A stretch of DNA of 64,000 bases, taken from NCBI GenBank assembly GCA_051362555.1, contig CM120642.1, forward strand, positions 4,712,001 to 4,776,000, read 5' to 3'. The DNA is from Lingula anatina. Taxonomy: Eukaryota > Animalia > Brachiopoda. This document shows positions 50,101 through 64,000 of this stretch, piece after piece; positions within the stretch are counted from its first letter, which is position 1, and each line of letters opens with the position of its first letter. The notes beneath the pieces are model-generated. The model saw only the letters and a list, made by a program, of their open reading frames with translations, searched no databases and was not told where the DNA came from. Both the position numbers and the translations under genes were made by a program.

Positions 50101-53100
50101 GTTCAAATACCATAGAAGATTATGGAATAAAGAAGCAGCAATTATCAAATTTGATCACAGAGTGTAGTCAGTCTGCAAGCATGTATTGATCATCGAAGAT
50201 GAGTCACTGCCCGACATTCTGCAAAAAGATGATTATTGAAGGGGTCCATAGATCGTATTACGGATAAATACATTTTTTCTTTAAGGTAAAGACTACAATT
50301 GATTGGCAAAAATACCCCTTTAAGCAGATACATTTCTCCCATTACCAAATGTAATTTATTGTGGCAGATCTTTTTATGAGGGGGGGGGGGGGGTCTGGAT
50401 CAAACCTGTGCAAGCTGGCTTCTTAGCCTCTGTTCTGTAAAGATTTTAAAGTTCGATATATTTAACATCAGATGCAATTTAAACAATTCGCATGTTTTGG
50501 TATATAGTAATATTCAACTGTAAAACTCCAGGTATTGTGATACATATAGTACTAAAAAGATGGTCTCTTTTGCAGATAATGTCACTATAAACCCATGGTT
50601 TGATGGATAGAGGCCGTTACCCAGTGTTTTGTTATGTCACTGAATCCTCCTAGTACACCCACAGTTGAGAGACTAATTTACAAGTTTTGCTAGACTTGAT
50701 TGATTTTTGTTCTCATTTGGCACATTCTACATAGTTCAAAACTAATTAGACTGCTTCAAAATCCATAGCCTAATGGACTTTGTTCACCTCTCTGTTCTCA
50801 GAAATATTTACTGAACATGTAGTGTGTAATGTATAATTTAAGTGAAACTTTCATTTGCCATCTGCCTCTTTGTACTAATCAGTTATTTGAATGTCAAATT
50901 AAAAAAAAGATTGAACCATATATGTATGTGAAAATGTGTTATGTGTAACTTATGTTACAAATGGCACTAATAATGAAAAGAAACAGATGTGTATGGGTGA
51001 AAGTTCAAATATTGTGATAAAATCTGTTCATAAATAAGTTTTGACAAATAAAGTGACTGGCAATTTGAACTATTAGATTGACTGACTCTCTCTCTCTCTC
51101 TCTCTGCATAGAACATTACAAAATATTTTAGAATAAATTACTTTTCTAGAGCTCATTTATGTACAGTAGGCAAATTGAATATTTTGATGAATAACCAACA
51201 TATCCTTCCCAAACCTGTACTAAAAAAATCTCCATTGCCTTGCAAATGAGCAACAAAATTATATTTTCCATGGACATAAATTAATTCATGTATCTGTCTA
51301 TCTGAGTATTCCTCTTTTGTACCCAATAATTGAAATTTTTGTTGTTTTATTTGGAAGTACATCACATTAATAATTTTTTTTCTATCGATCTTTAGTGCGA
51401 TATTCATAATAAAGTCAGTACGGCATGGTAGGGACATAAAGAGCCGACAGCAGTGGTATCTATTTCAGGAAGATGGCATTTCTATGAATATCCTGAGCTA
51501 TGTCTGTGCAAGACAGGTGGGCTGTAGCCTGACACCCACACTAGGAAACTGGGAGGCTCACTTGGGAGAGCAGTCTGTCTTGGGTAGCCATTCCCCTCTC
51601 TGAGCCTCTATGATCATGAGTGGGTGGATGTTGCTGGAGAATGTGAATTTAAGGAGAGTCAGTTAACTTATTTTAGGAAAAAGAAGCCAGCTTGTGAAAA
51701 ATTACATATTTATAGTTGTATTTTTGAAAAGTTTTGTCTTAGAACATGAAAGAAATAAAGAGCAAAATGAGAAACAGTAATAGAAACAGAATCAGGTTAT
51801 GATGAAGAAACTATATCTCTCACACAGACCATTGTGATTTTTGTTATCAAATCAGAATAATAATTTCATTAAATTACAATAAATAACTATAGAAACAGAG
51901 ATTGCATTTCAAAATATTGATAGATTTTTGAGAAATTCTATTCCTGTCCTGAATACACCTACCGACCTACCACAGTGTGTAGTGCTGGCTTTAAATGAGA
52001 GAGGTAGAGATAATTAAGGGTTAGATCACACCCCTACAGGGAGCCAACTATACAGGTGTCTTGGTGCAGTGTACCCAAATACACCTGTAATGGCAGGCAG
52101 CATGCTAGCTTACAGTGCATACTATACAGCAGGTGGGACAGGTTAACATTGGAATTAATATGATATACACCAAAAGGATTTAATATTCTTTACCAGTTAC
52201 ATTATACATGGAATGTTTAATAGGGATTTTAGTATTCCTGAGCAGCAACTCTGGCTGAAAATGATTTTTGGAGAACAGCTTAAGAATGTTTAATATTCGT
52301 CAACTGTTTCTTTGGATATAGATGTAATGGTTATGAGAGATTGATGAAAGTTTTTAATATTCTCAACTGGTTTCACTGTAATTTGGTTTATGGAATATGA
52401 TATAGACTGTTGTTACAGTTTATATGCCATACCTTGAAAGCCACCCATATTTCAAACATTTATCAGAGCAAGTAAGAAGAGAGGCAAAGGATTGCACATG
52501 GTAAGACTATGTTTTATTTATATTGACCAGTATTAAGTATTTCTATTTAAACTCTTTGATATTTTCATATCAGGCCAGGAACAAGGATGACAGAAATATT
52601 TTCTCCAGAAGGTTATGAATTATGGTCCTTTTAATGTGATTCATTATAGGTTTTGTGCATTCAAAGAAATATTGAATCTTAGTTAAGATACAGACATATT
52701 TTATCTTGCTTTGATCCATTGCCGTTATGTCAAAGAGACGAGGTTGTCTGATGACAGCCAGTCTGGTGATGTCACCAATCAATACTCTGAAACACAGGGT
52801 GATTTGTCTTGTGCATTATGCAGAAATACCTCAGACATAGCCAGGGTTTTATACCCACCAAAGCTGGATAATCAGCAGTGCCAAAACAAACAGCCTACTG
52901 TCTTCTTAAGGTTCTGTGAAATTTTGGGATGATTTCCATACATGCATCAACACTGCCAAAACAAATACTGGTAGGCTTCTGTCACCTTTCAGTAACGTGA
53001 TACACGGGGTGTATTTTCTCTGTGAATTAAACATTCATGCCACATCAATACTGCCAAAACAAATACTGGGCTACTGTCACCTTTCAGTACTATTAGACAT

Positions 53101-53758
53101 GGGGTACATTCTTTATTAAACATGAACACCACAGACCAGTATGACAAATATCATGCCAGTATGGCTTTACAAGAAGATATATGGCTGCTGTCAACTTATA
53201 ACCCTATGGGACCCAGGGTGCATTCTCTGTGTATGTATTAAACATACATACCACAAACATGTACCTATGGTTTCTACACACATTTATATCAAAGCACATC
53301 AGCAAGTCACCACTGCCAAAACAAATAGATCAAGGTTTAAAAAAAATTTCACCCTTTGCCCTTAGTATACTCTAGGGAGCCTAGGGGTGATATATGATGC
53401 TGAGCAGATCCTGGCCTCTCTACTCCTCTGCCATCCCCTAATGAGGCTTGAAAATACAAATAATATAATATGCTCCTATTGTTTGATGATAGACCATCCC
53501 TGGCAGGGACAGGCAAGCACCAGCTAGACTGCCTGGCTAAATATCCCTACCTTAATATGTTGTGGAGAATGTAAAGTATGGAGGAGTGGGGAGAGAGATC
53601 TAGTGCTGGACAGTGTCTGCGAGTGCATATGCAAGTGGTTGTATGTGTGTGTTTGTGTATGTATGCGTGTACACACATATACACAGTACACATACATGGT
53701 AAAAAATAAGTGCATTCTTGTTTGGGTATATGTGTGAAAGCCCATATCAATGCTTGAT

Positions 53759-53792
<34 letters not shown>

Positions 53793-56700
53793 TCAGTGAA
53801 CGTTTATGAGTATTTATGTGTGTTTTTGTGTGGCAGGTAAAAAAAATATCATTAACCAGGGGCAGTGAGAATCTACCAAGGCAAGTACCATTATTAAGTC
53901 TTGATAAATGAGCTGAAGTAATAAACTCCCTTTGTATGATAAATAGCCAGGGAAAGGAACTTAATCTCTGTGTACCATCTTGTGTGTATCATGACCTCTT
54001 CTTTACACTTCTGAGGGCATTTGGTCTCGCTTCTAAGGGTACTTGGTCTCCTTTTTGAGGGCATTCAGTGTTGTATGTGTATATACAGACCTGTGGGTCA
54101 AAAAACTAATACAGTAGCCCTGTGGTCTTCTGTTTCAGTAGGATGTAATATTAGAACTTATACAGGTTAAAATGTCTGGGTTTTTGGTGACAGTTGCCTG
54201 TATAATGTCCACAATTAACTTACTGGTAGTCTCTGAGAGAGAAAGAGAGAGAGAGAGCAGTTATGTCAATAGGTCTGTCTTCTATTGTCTGGGAGGTCAG
54301 TGGTTATGTGACATAAACTGATTGAAGTGTCACCGGATAGGTGACGAGGTTGTCAAAGTATAGGGTTGGTGTCAGCTGTAATGAGCTCATGGCTTGAGGA
54401 CAGTACTCAGTGAGGACAATCAAGCAGTGTCTTTGGGGACAGGATAGATTTGAAGACAATAAATCAGTGCCATATTAGATATTATTGTTCTGTACTGTAG
54501 TAGATTTTATGCTAAAGCAGATTGTTTGTAAATGAAATGAATAACCCAAGTACTAGTAGTGTATTTCACTTTCCACTTGTGATAATTTCTTGGAATTTTT
54601 TTTAACAACTGCTGCATGACATAAAATTTCATGACTATAATTACATCAGCAACAGTTTGTTAACAACCCGGTGACATGACTAACAGTAAGTTCTATTTTA
54701 AAACGTGCATTTGATAAATTAAGAAAAGGGAAAACGGTTTTAACCTGATAACAGACCAAGAAAGTAAAGGATATCATATGATTTAGATTAAAATGTTCTT
54801 AATATGCACATTAGTGCACTGATAAGGAATAAAAAAAAGTTAAACATTGATAAAATTACTCTAATCTGTATGAAGTCTATAGGAGAAAGTGACAAATAGA
54901 CGGAAATGGACATAATACTGTGTAAACAAAAGAGAGGAATGAAAGAGATTTTTTTTATTTTTTTGTTATCTTAGGCATATTAGGTATTCATTAAGGAAAA
55001 GTGTTAGGTGTATTATTGTTTTAACTGTTGTTGAGTAAGATGGTTGAAATAAGGGTTAAGAACTGGACCTTTTTGTTTGCCTTTAGAATGTGCATGGGTG
55101 CATGCATTAGATCAATAGTGCACCAGTATTTTATACCATGTATATGTGGGTTTGATACGTTATCTGTAGATTATTGAAACAACAATTACCATAATCTGTG
55201 GCATTCGTTTGCAGCTTTCACAAACAGAGAGTTGAGTTGTGTGGTGATCGACCTTATTCAGGACAAGTTTTTTCAGCCAATGAGAAGATAAACTTTAGTT
55301 TGACAATGTTTGTAAACATATGCATATAGGTGCATAAAATTTTGTGTGAGTAGACAGACTCTTATTGCCAAGTTTTCATAATTATCATTTTTTCCTTTTA
55401 TTATATCCAATTTCAGCAAAATTGAGAGTCAGTTACAGTATAGTTATTTTGTGGAGCCTTCTTTATTTATTATATATTTTAAAAGAGTAGATCAAGCAAA
55501 ATGGAAAGATAATATTTGTCAGATATTGATATCAGATTTAATTTCCAGCATGCCATATGAAGCAGTGTGTATAGTCATTCAGGGCGCAAGGAGTTGCTAA
55601 TAATATTTTTGTACTAATTAGAAACTGTTGAATCTGATAAAACAAAGATTATTAAATTTCTCTTCCTCTATCATTATTAAAAAAAAGATATAAATTGTTG
55701 ACAGTTTGTAGCTGAGTCCAGTGTGTCCACCATTACTGCAATTAAATTTGATCTGGCAAGGCTTAACGACCTGTCAAACTAACCCCTCCCCCTTCTAACA
55801 TTCCTGACAACTTTTGACCCATCCTAGGTAGACTGCCGTCTGCTGCAGTTACTGCTTACGGTAATATGTCAAACAATTCGACCAAGATTAATTAATTAAT
55901 TTCATGGAAATGTCAGTTTGGTCGAATTGATTAAAATACAGCAAATGGAAACCTTTGATATCGTCGGATTGTTAAGGGCATCTGCCAAAACGTCCATCTT
56001 TCCGGAAGTATTGCATTTTACCGGAAGTGTTACGCAAGGTAAGCCGCAATTTTCGCCTAACATGTGTTTCAGGCATGTTTTATCCTCCTGAAAACTTATT
56101 TTGCTGTGTACAATATTTGCTAACATTACTTAACATTAAAAAAGACGACAATTATAATTTTTAATTATACATTTCCCTCACCTACGATCACTTTCATGAT
56201 GCGCTTCACAAGTTGGACGAGTATTTCCCCGGAGACGGGTGTTGTAAACAAAGGCCGGTCACTTATATTTGAAACCGGTAGCTTAAGTGGACTTTAACTA
56301 GTTATGTGATCTACGTACGCCCTATTTGAATTTTAATATGACAACTGAAATCAACCGAATTGAAATTTTTTACCAGTCTGAGATCAGTTGTTTTCAACCC
56401 GCAAGGCTTGCTCAGCGTCGAGGCGTAGACGTACATGTGTACGTACTTCCGAAGAAAATTCAATCACCCGTATCAAAGAATACCAACTGGTACTCAAACG
56501 GAAATCAGTGTAACTTCAAATTACTATTAAGTATTTTATTTAAAAAGCATGTCATATAAAAACATATTGAGTAAAGGCAAAATACGGAGCGTACCTGTGC
56601 CGATAGACATACAGTATTTTGCTGGCATTCTTCCGATTTTCTTACTTATATACTCTCGCTGTGCACAAACCACGGTGCATATTGAAAACCCCACTGATAC

Positions 56701-59700
56701 AACCCGAACGTAAAAAAAGCATTTACTTGCCATAATTTTCACAAAACAGGTGCATTTATAATTTGACGTGAGAATTGAGCACATGCAGAAATGAGAGACT
56801 GGTTTTATCTGGTCTGTTCCAGCATAGCGCAAACCACATGTTAATGAAGACGGTCCCATTTTGGGGGAGGGGTCACAGGAATGGAGTTCGTCGTGGATTA
56901 CGCTAAATATTATCAACATTTCATGCATCAGGGGAAATAGAAAGTGACTCACAGGTAACGTAAATACCCAGTGGAACTCTCTATGAAGCTCCCATGGAGT
57001 TAAGGAAGACGTCATTTTTATTGTTGACAAATCAGTTATCCATGTAGGTGAACAGCGACACGTGTTCGTCAGATTTTGACAGCGCGTGGTATTTGGCGCC
57101 AAGAAGTCTAGGCGGTCGATCCCGCTGATCTTTCGGTCGATTGTAGTAAATGTAAGATCTTGCTGTGTTGACTTCAAGAACGTTTCCCCATCTGCATATA
57201 TATTTCAATCGAACTTGAAAATAAATTGCTTATTCTTCCCAAACTTTTTATTGCTAGCAAACGCGATATATGGTCTATATGAGGGTGTTTACTACGTATT
57301 TTACCCACTGTCGATATTTGGTTTCATCCAGAATAGACCTTTTTTTTAACCCCCCCCCGCCCCAGTTACTGGCGTGATGAATTAGTCAGCGAGGGCAAGT
57401 CTGCTTAATAGCAAAATTTGTATGTCTATAAGCACTATTATTGTCATCGGGGACAAAGGAAAAGACAGGTACGTCATGCTTCCAGATTAGATCTTCAATT
57501 AATTGTTTCTTCCTCATTGACGAGAGCTATTGAAAGGACAACAATTGACAAAGGGCCGAGGCATGCAGCATCTATTTCACTGGCTTGAAAATTTACCGAG
57601 TCTTGTCGACGATGTGGTCGAACAATCGGAACAAGAAAAAAATTCTGTCCCATGATTTTGACGTATGGACTAATTGTTTGAGTCCAGAAAAATTAATTTT
57701 ATAAAATAATTTTTGTGGTCGGATTGACTGGGCCCGTCGAAATGCTTGGCACATTACCGTAATGTTAACCAAACAGTGTATAACTGAACAACACATTCTT
57801 GGCCTGGATGAGTAAAGCAGTGTGCAAAGTCTTTGCTGATTCAGAACAAAGTTAACTGGTTTGTTTAATTCTTCTGTGGACATGTAGGGGTAAGGGTGTT
57901 ATGGTTTTGAAAGAGGAGGACATCAGTTTCGGGAACCAACTTGTTGTTAGAGGGGGGAAAAGGCTTTTTGGAGAACTTTTCTTGAAAGTTTGGAGAAAAT
58001 GGGACAAGGTAAGGTCGCTGGTTATGGAATGTTTTGTTTTTTCTGCAGCTATGTCTTTAACGGTAGTTGTCTTATAAAAATGGAATAAAATGTTCATGGA
58101 CTTAATGTTATCAAGGTCCAGCAAATGTTGAGCATAGGATTGTTTAAGGAAAGAACCTTGATCTGTATTTTGAACTAAGAGAGTAGGGTGTTACTTGCCT
58201 GTGTAGACCTGTGTGTTTCTGTAAGACTTTTTCTTTGTGACTGTGCCAAGTTGCAGCCATCTGCATTTTATCTGAATACTGAAAGGTAGGAGTAAGTATT
58301 CAGCAATGACGTGGAACAGTCATTAGATCACACGCACATGCATTAATTTTCACACATGCAGGTACATTTTGTACATGTAGACAAATTCACTATGCAAAAA
58401 TTCCACTATTTATCTTTTTGCACAGAAAAAAAAGACCAAACATAAAAGCATAACAAGATATATTCAGTAGTTTAAAAGGGTTTAATCTTGTAATCAGTTA
58501 TCTGATCAAATAATTATATGTGAACCTCTTGCTGTTCATAATAAGTGCTCTAGAAACCAGGAACCTTTGACATGCAGTTAAGATTATCATTAAATTAGAA
58601 TAGCATTGATGAACTTTAACTTTCTAGTATGTTATGTCTAGCCCGTATAGCATTCTATTCCAAAAAGTGTTATTATTATTATTAGACTCCTAGAAAATAA
58701 AAAGATACTTTGAAAACCTTACAAATACTTTGAATCAGGAATCCTTAAATTTTCATTCATTGATTTAAAATATTCAGAGCCCAGCAACAGAGAGTTACAT
58801 CATATTTGTAACAGCTGTGTGTTGGCACTATGACCTTGTAGTTGTCTGTTTTCTCTGTAGCAGAGTGAGAGGAATCTTAACACTGTTATTGGTGAAAGTC
58901 GTGTTAGTGGCTTGGTAGATACTTTACACTGGAACGGCAGGTGTTTGAAGACAGGTGAATGCCATCAAGTATCCAGTAGTTACCTGTACTCTCTCTGGAA
59001 GGGTTCAAGGAAGGCTAGAGAAGGAGCAGCATGCTTCAGATCAAGTGAAAGCTGTACCCTCTCTGGCACTGGCAGGGTCTTAGTAAAAGTATATTATGTT
59101 GGCAGTATCCTCAAATTTTGACAATATTTGCCTACGTAGTTATAAAAATGATTTATGGAAATTCCTTTGAGAAAAAGTGGATCCCTGTGTCCCAGTCTTG
59201 GCAGGAAGATTGACTTCCATAGGATTGGGAGGAGCTCAGATGTAAGATGGATTGAAGAAAACTGCTACTTCACAAACTGCTCCCTGTTATGGAAATGAGT
59301 TTGGTGGCTTGCAGTTGGCTTAATGAGCAGGGTATTGTCATTTGCTTTGACTGTTATTTTATCCCTGATATTGAGGAGCATAATTTTCTAGATTTTTGTT
59401 GCTTACCAACTGCCAACATAATCACAACAGAAAGGCCTCAGAGTTCATGGTTTGAATCTCAAAATAGTTAATTAAGGTCTTAAGAAATTTCATACAAAAG
59501 TATTTTGTCAAGGCAATTTGAGCCTTACTCCAAGAGACATGGAAGGCACTCTGTCAATTGCGTTAGCTGTGATGATGTAGAATGCTGTCTCAACTGTCAC
59601 AATCCTATTTACTGTTAACCAATTCAAGGTATTCAAAATGTGGATATGATAAAGATAGACAAATATATCTGTATATCTTTATTTGAAAGACAATTTCTGC

Positions 59701-61466
59701 TTACCAGAGAAATTAACCCATGGTTAGATTTTTTTATCATATCTGAACATAAAAATGTGAACTATTATTTTCAACAGGTAAAATGAGTAGACAGGAACTC
59801 GCTCACCTGAAAACAAAAATGGCAAGATTGCCAAAAGATGACTTCGTAAAGGTTGTCAGAGATTTACAAAGTTGATAAGATTAGATTATGTGGGTATATT
59901 TTTAGAAATTCTGAGGTATTTTTGACATGATCATTTGTCTAAAATAACTTTTTAACTTGTAAATAACTTAGCAGCAGGTAAATGAAATGAAGAGGAAATA
60001 GTTGTGGCAGAATCTGGCTTCATTTCAGGAACCATCCTTTCAAAAGAATTGCTACACTTAACTCATTTTTCACATGGAATATATACAAAATATCTTCTTG
60101 AATCTGAAGCCACCTATTGTTTTTTTATGTTTGACAGTTGATTAATGACATTATGTAATAAGTTTATAAGCATGATGACGATATTGAGCAATACTTAAAG
60201 TAAATGCAATCAAATTCCACTCTCCTTTAAAAAATGGATCATATACAGTCATATAAACTAAAGTATTAACCGTTTCGTCCATCCAGCCAAAATATTATGA
60301 TAAATCAGTCCAGATCAACTGTGCTTTATGAGACAGCCATGTTTTGGGCCCACTGGGGTCTTCATCTAATGTAGTCACTGGATGAGTCAAGTTAGACTCA
60401 ATTATCTTTTTAGACAATCTTACCTGAAGATGCCAGTGGGTTATGTGTTTGAATGCAGTCATAAATTCTGTGCTTGGACACTCCTGCTGTGGTTGCATTA
60501 TGACTGAAATGTATTACACAACCTTATCACTACTTCAGCACATGGACTCAAGCTATTTTAAGCTCTTTTTTTTTTTTCAGTTTGGCTGTCCTCCAGTATG
60601 GGCTAAAAATATATAGGATGGAGAGGTTCCATAACTGAACCATAGCTCTCTGTTTTGAACCCTGCTGTTTTATTGCATTTTTGTTGAGTTTAGTTTGAAA
60701 TTTTGGCAAATGGGGGAAGGGGGAGAACAAGACTATTCACCTACATACCTCATAGCCTTCTTTCACTTTTAGACACTTTGACTATGTGAATGTTTTTTAA
60801 CATCTGTAATTGCTTCATTTCTTACTTCCTAAACCTGTTAAATTCTAGACCCAGACATAATTTTTCACTATTTATACACACACTAGTTAAAAAACCGCCA
60901 AATCATGACTTGGGTTCTTCTTTGGAAAAAAAACTTTTTCTTAGAATTAAATCATTTAAAGTGTTCATATCATGAATTACAGCTTATATGTATATATAAA
61001 AGAAAGAACTGTGTGCACCATTCATTTAAGTCGTTATGAAGAAATATTTATACATCATTATACAAAAGCAGGAATTAAGATTTTCTGTATGTAAGTTGTG
61101 TAAGTAGAAAAAGTTAAGTTCTCAAAAAATTGAAGGCACACCTATTGTAATTTTGAAATTTGTTTATTTCAATGCCTGATCTTCTTTCAAAAAAAAAAAA
61201 AATGGGGGGTAAAGGCTAAATAAAGTAATTTTCCTTATTTGTCTATTCAAGAGGAAGGAGTGCGGTTCAGAATGCTGAAGAAGGCCAAGTCGTTTCGAAA
61301 TGACATAAAGGACAGGATCAGCGGCCATATTAAAAGAAGCCATTCCAATGCAACAGAAGTTCCCACTTCTCCCACAAAAACTGCCAAAGGTGCTAAAACC
61401 AAATCTGTTGCTCGGACGGGGAGTTTTAGTGAAGGAACCAAAACAGACAAGCAATGGAAACAAAGC
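45257..61466 (+). CDS. RAPGEF1: 5' part of a probable C3G / Rap guanine-nucleotide exchange factor 1 gene; continues beyond the window
   Basis: Candidate first exon 45257-45314 (MAEVGVNATNTTHSQDVEH, G|gtaaat, phase 1) joins in frame to exon 61252-61466 (EEGVRFRMLKKAKSFRNDIKDRISGHIKRSHS..., AGC|gtaagt). KKAKSFRNDIKDRIS resembles, from memory, the N-terminal RRARSFKDDLIEKIS segment of Drosophila C3G. No catalytic domain is in the window, so the identity is tentative. Confidence 0.55.
47102..47164. repeat. (TA)n microsatellite
   Basis: Direct observation. Confidence 0.97.
52860..53330. repeat. Degenerate tandem repeat, unit roughly 75-100 bp
   Basis: tgccaaaacaaa recurs near 52880, 52954, 53052 and 53314; ctgtcacctttcagta and attaaacat also recur. 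Confidence 0.6.
53762..53790. repeat. (GT)n microsatellite
   Basis: Direct observation. Confidence 0.95.
55780..57800. promoter_or_regulatory. CpG-rich island in the first intron of the third gene; probable alternative promoter
   Basis: Abrupt rise in CpG dinucleotides relative to the flanks; two CCGGAAGT ETS motifs at about 56002 and 56021; consensus donors at 56039 and 57469. Confidence 0.45.
55945..56038 (+). CDS. Candidate alternative first coding exon of the third gene (METFDIVGLLRASAKTSIFPEVLHFTGSVTQ)
   Basis: ATG-initiated open frame ending at a strong AAG|gtaagc donor in phase 1, compatible with exon 61252; lies at the edge of a CpG-rich island. Confidence 0.4.
61252..61466 (+). CDS. 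Internal coding exon of the third gene (probable C3G/RAPGEF1)
   Basis: Open frame within ORF 61239..61502; pyrimidine-rich acceptor ..ttccttatttgtctattcaag| and consensus donor |gtaagt. Confidence 0.8.
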
Positions 61467-64000
61467 GTAAGTCTGTTGATTTATTCATATGTAATGTACT
61501 GACTGTGTTTGTGACAATTAAGGGTTTTTTTTTTTTTATATAATAAAAGAATGAATCAGAATGAAAAAGTGGTTCAGGTTTGTATGCTTTTCTTTATATA
61601 AATTTGCATGATACAGATAGGAAAATATTGTCTAATGTCAGGTTTGGAACATTTATTTATTTATTGATTTATTGATTGATTGACTGAAAAAAAAACAGGA
61701 GTCAGAAGAGAAAATTTACATTATTTCAGGCATTTATTGTTAAATCATGTGCTAATGTGAAGTGGATAGTAAACCTGAACTCTCTGTTGTCTGAAGATCC
61801 ACTGCAAAGTAGAACTCTAAAAATGAACACCCTCATTTGACTTTTTTTTCTGTCATTTTCATTACTCATTTCAGTTAATGTACTTGATGTATTACCAGGC
61901 TTTTCAACCCATTTTTAACTCCCACTTTTCCCATGCATAATAATTGATGTAATGTTTCTGGTAAAACCTCATAACAGATGCATAGGTATGATCACATTCA
62001 GTTTAGCGTCCACTTTCCCCAAGAGATTTAAATACTCTTCTTTGTTAAAGTAAAACTAGATAAGGCATCAGAAATATATATAAAAAATTTATTCCAAATC
62101 AACAGCACATGCCTCAAAACCATGGAAAACGAATTTTTATTGAAAATTATATGAAAGGGCTACAAAAAGCTGTTATGATCCAAAACAGAACCCACAAATC
62201 TGATTCATAGAAATTTGTGGCCAGAGAGTGACCATTAGTAAGTGTTGGGTGGACAGGTGGTGGGTCGCGACCTGCATTGACCATTAATAACAACAGGGGA
62301 CTTGGTCCTGAGTGGGCACATGTTAATAAATAAGAAACTATAGTTTATAGCACAGGCCTCATTAATGCCGCCTTTCATCTTCAGCAGATGAATATCCATG
62401 GTTGAGACCCGTGTGTTGTTTCACAGGCCCTTTTCTTGCGTGAGTAATTAGCCTTAATATTAATGCAATTCGGTGGCACAATTGAAGGGCATGTTACCCC
62501 CTACACAGCAGCATGGGTTAAAGAAAAAAGAAGTCTGTTTATCATGGTTTATGCTGAAATGCATCAAAATTAATCCAAGACTGGGTGGACTACACATAGA
62601 AAATTGCATGCCAGGCTTTAATTCACCATATGTGCAGTGGAGGCTGCCATTAAAAGCTTTTCATTAACCAATTTGACATGAATTTTTTCAAAGGCAGGAA
62701 ATTAGACGCTTGACCTCACAATGTGACCTTTCAAGGGGTGCACTCAAAGACCCCCCTCCCATGTCTGCAGACATGACATAAAAACCTATGATTTATGGGC
62801 ATTTGAGACTACCTCCTCTCAAGGTTTTATAATTTGAGTTTTATCAAGACAACTTGCGTCCATGTGTTTTGTGGTTATGTAGGAAGACAGTTTGCAGACC
62901 ATTTTGAAATCACACCCACCGAAAGACCCCCCTGTCCCCCGTCTTCCATTTTTAACCCTATATCAGACATGTTAATTCACTATTATGGAATGTGAAGATG
63001 TGAGATATTAGATAGGGGACAGTTGGAGACCAGCACCTGTCAGTGACCCCTCTTTGAAACCCTCACTTCTTTACTGTTATCATAGTTCACATAGCTATGT
63101 AATGTGGTAATGTGAGGGGGTGGAAAGGTGACATTTTGATACCACCCCTCAGTGGACTATATAAACTGTGTCCTCCACAAGCTGTAGTTCAGTCTGTATT
63201 CTTTTAACGCGTGAGTAAGAGCCACAGTGCGGTATCTTTGAGACTGCCTGGGTGAGGTAACCAAACACACCTGTGTCAGCAATATATTCATAAGCATGGA
63301 GGAAGAAAGTCATGTGAGAAACCTTGAAGAAACAAAACTGGGATGATTTTCATGCCTCGTGCTTCCCGATTGAGAGGACTAGACTTACTAGCTATGACTG
63401 TAACACTACTGTCAGAAAATGCTTTTGGGATGTTGTTTAGTATGTATTAGGACCTAACATTCAAATACAGGTACACAGCAAGGATGACTAAGATTAGTCA
63501 AGAAAAAGTGAACAGTGTGTTTTGCTGAATTGGCTTACATCGTAAAGAGTACCATTGTCATATTCTGGATATGTTATGCCTTTTGAAACACTGAGGAATT
63601 TCTTCCTGGATCGAAAGTCATAAAAATCTTTCAAATATTTTTTTTAGAAAAAAAAATCAATGAATGAGACATTTTTGAATTTTGTTGTAAAACATCTCTC
63701 TTATTCCGGATCAGGAAAAATATTGTTCAATGATATTGTTGAGTGTTATATTACTCGTAGAATTGTGTGGCAGTGTTGATGAAATGTTTGCTATCTTTGG
63801 ACATGGTTTGCTGCTTCACCTTAGCCAATTATATTTGATCAGATCTGTATAAAAACCACATCCCTGAAGTATAAACCTATGACAATGCAACATGTGGGGA
63901 CATTGTTATAACTGAAGGAAACAATATTCAGGATGCTACACTTTCACTGATGAGAAATACTTACAAAACAATTTAATAAAAATTACTTTGTTTGACATTC

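Noticed and set aside
56536-57177. 213-aa minus-strand ORF
   Set aside because: No recognisable domain or coding-like composition; probably a chance ORF in a GC-richer island, though a BLASTP search would be needed to exclude it.

Overview
AT-rich, intron-rich metazoan DNA, probably an invertebrate; the repeat types resemble those of molluscs, but the taxon is my inference. It holds three genes. (1) The last 14 exons of nucleoporin Nup214 on + (265..16998), ending in an FG-repeat tail (...FSGWR*). (2) A complete Munc18/unc-18/Rop (STXBP1) gene on - (ATG at 44518), with 15 core exons and two to three alternative C-termini. (3) The 5' part of a probable C3G/RAPGEF1 gene on +, head-to-head with Munc18. 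One 9-kb Nup214 intron is almost entirely a nest of non-autonomous DNA elements: an outer TIR element with a 7-bp TSD contains a Helentron/HINE-like element with a 146-bp satellite, which contains an Academ-like element. A second HINE copy carrying an IS3EU-like MITE lies in a Munc18 intron. The most novel-looking signal is in the 9.8-kb Munc18 intron 12: a series of frame-preserving candidate microexons (6, 12, 15, 3, 18 nt), a 63-nt exon duplicated from exon 12, an RFX X-box-like cluster and an AG|GTAAGT acceptor at the next exon. All structures were read by eye; no RNA or database evidence was available. Most short ORFs in the supplied track are spurious.
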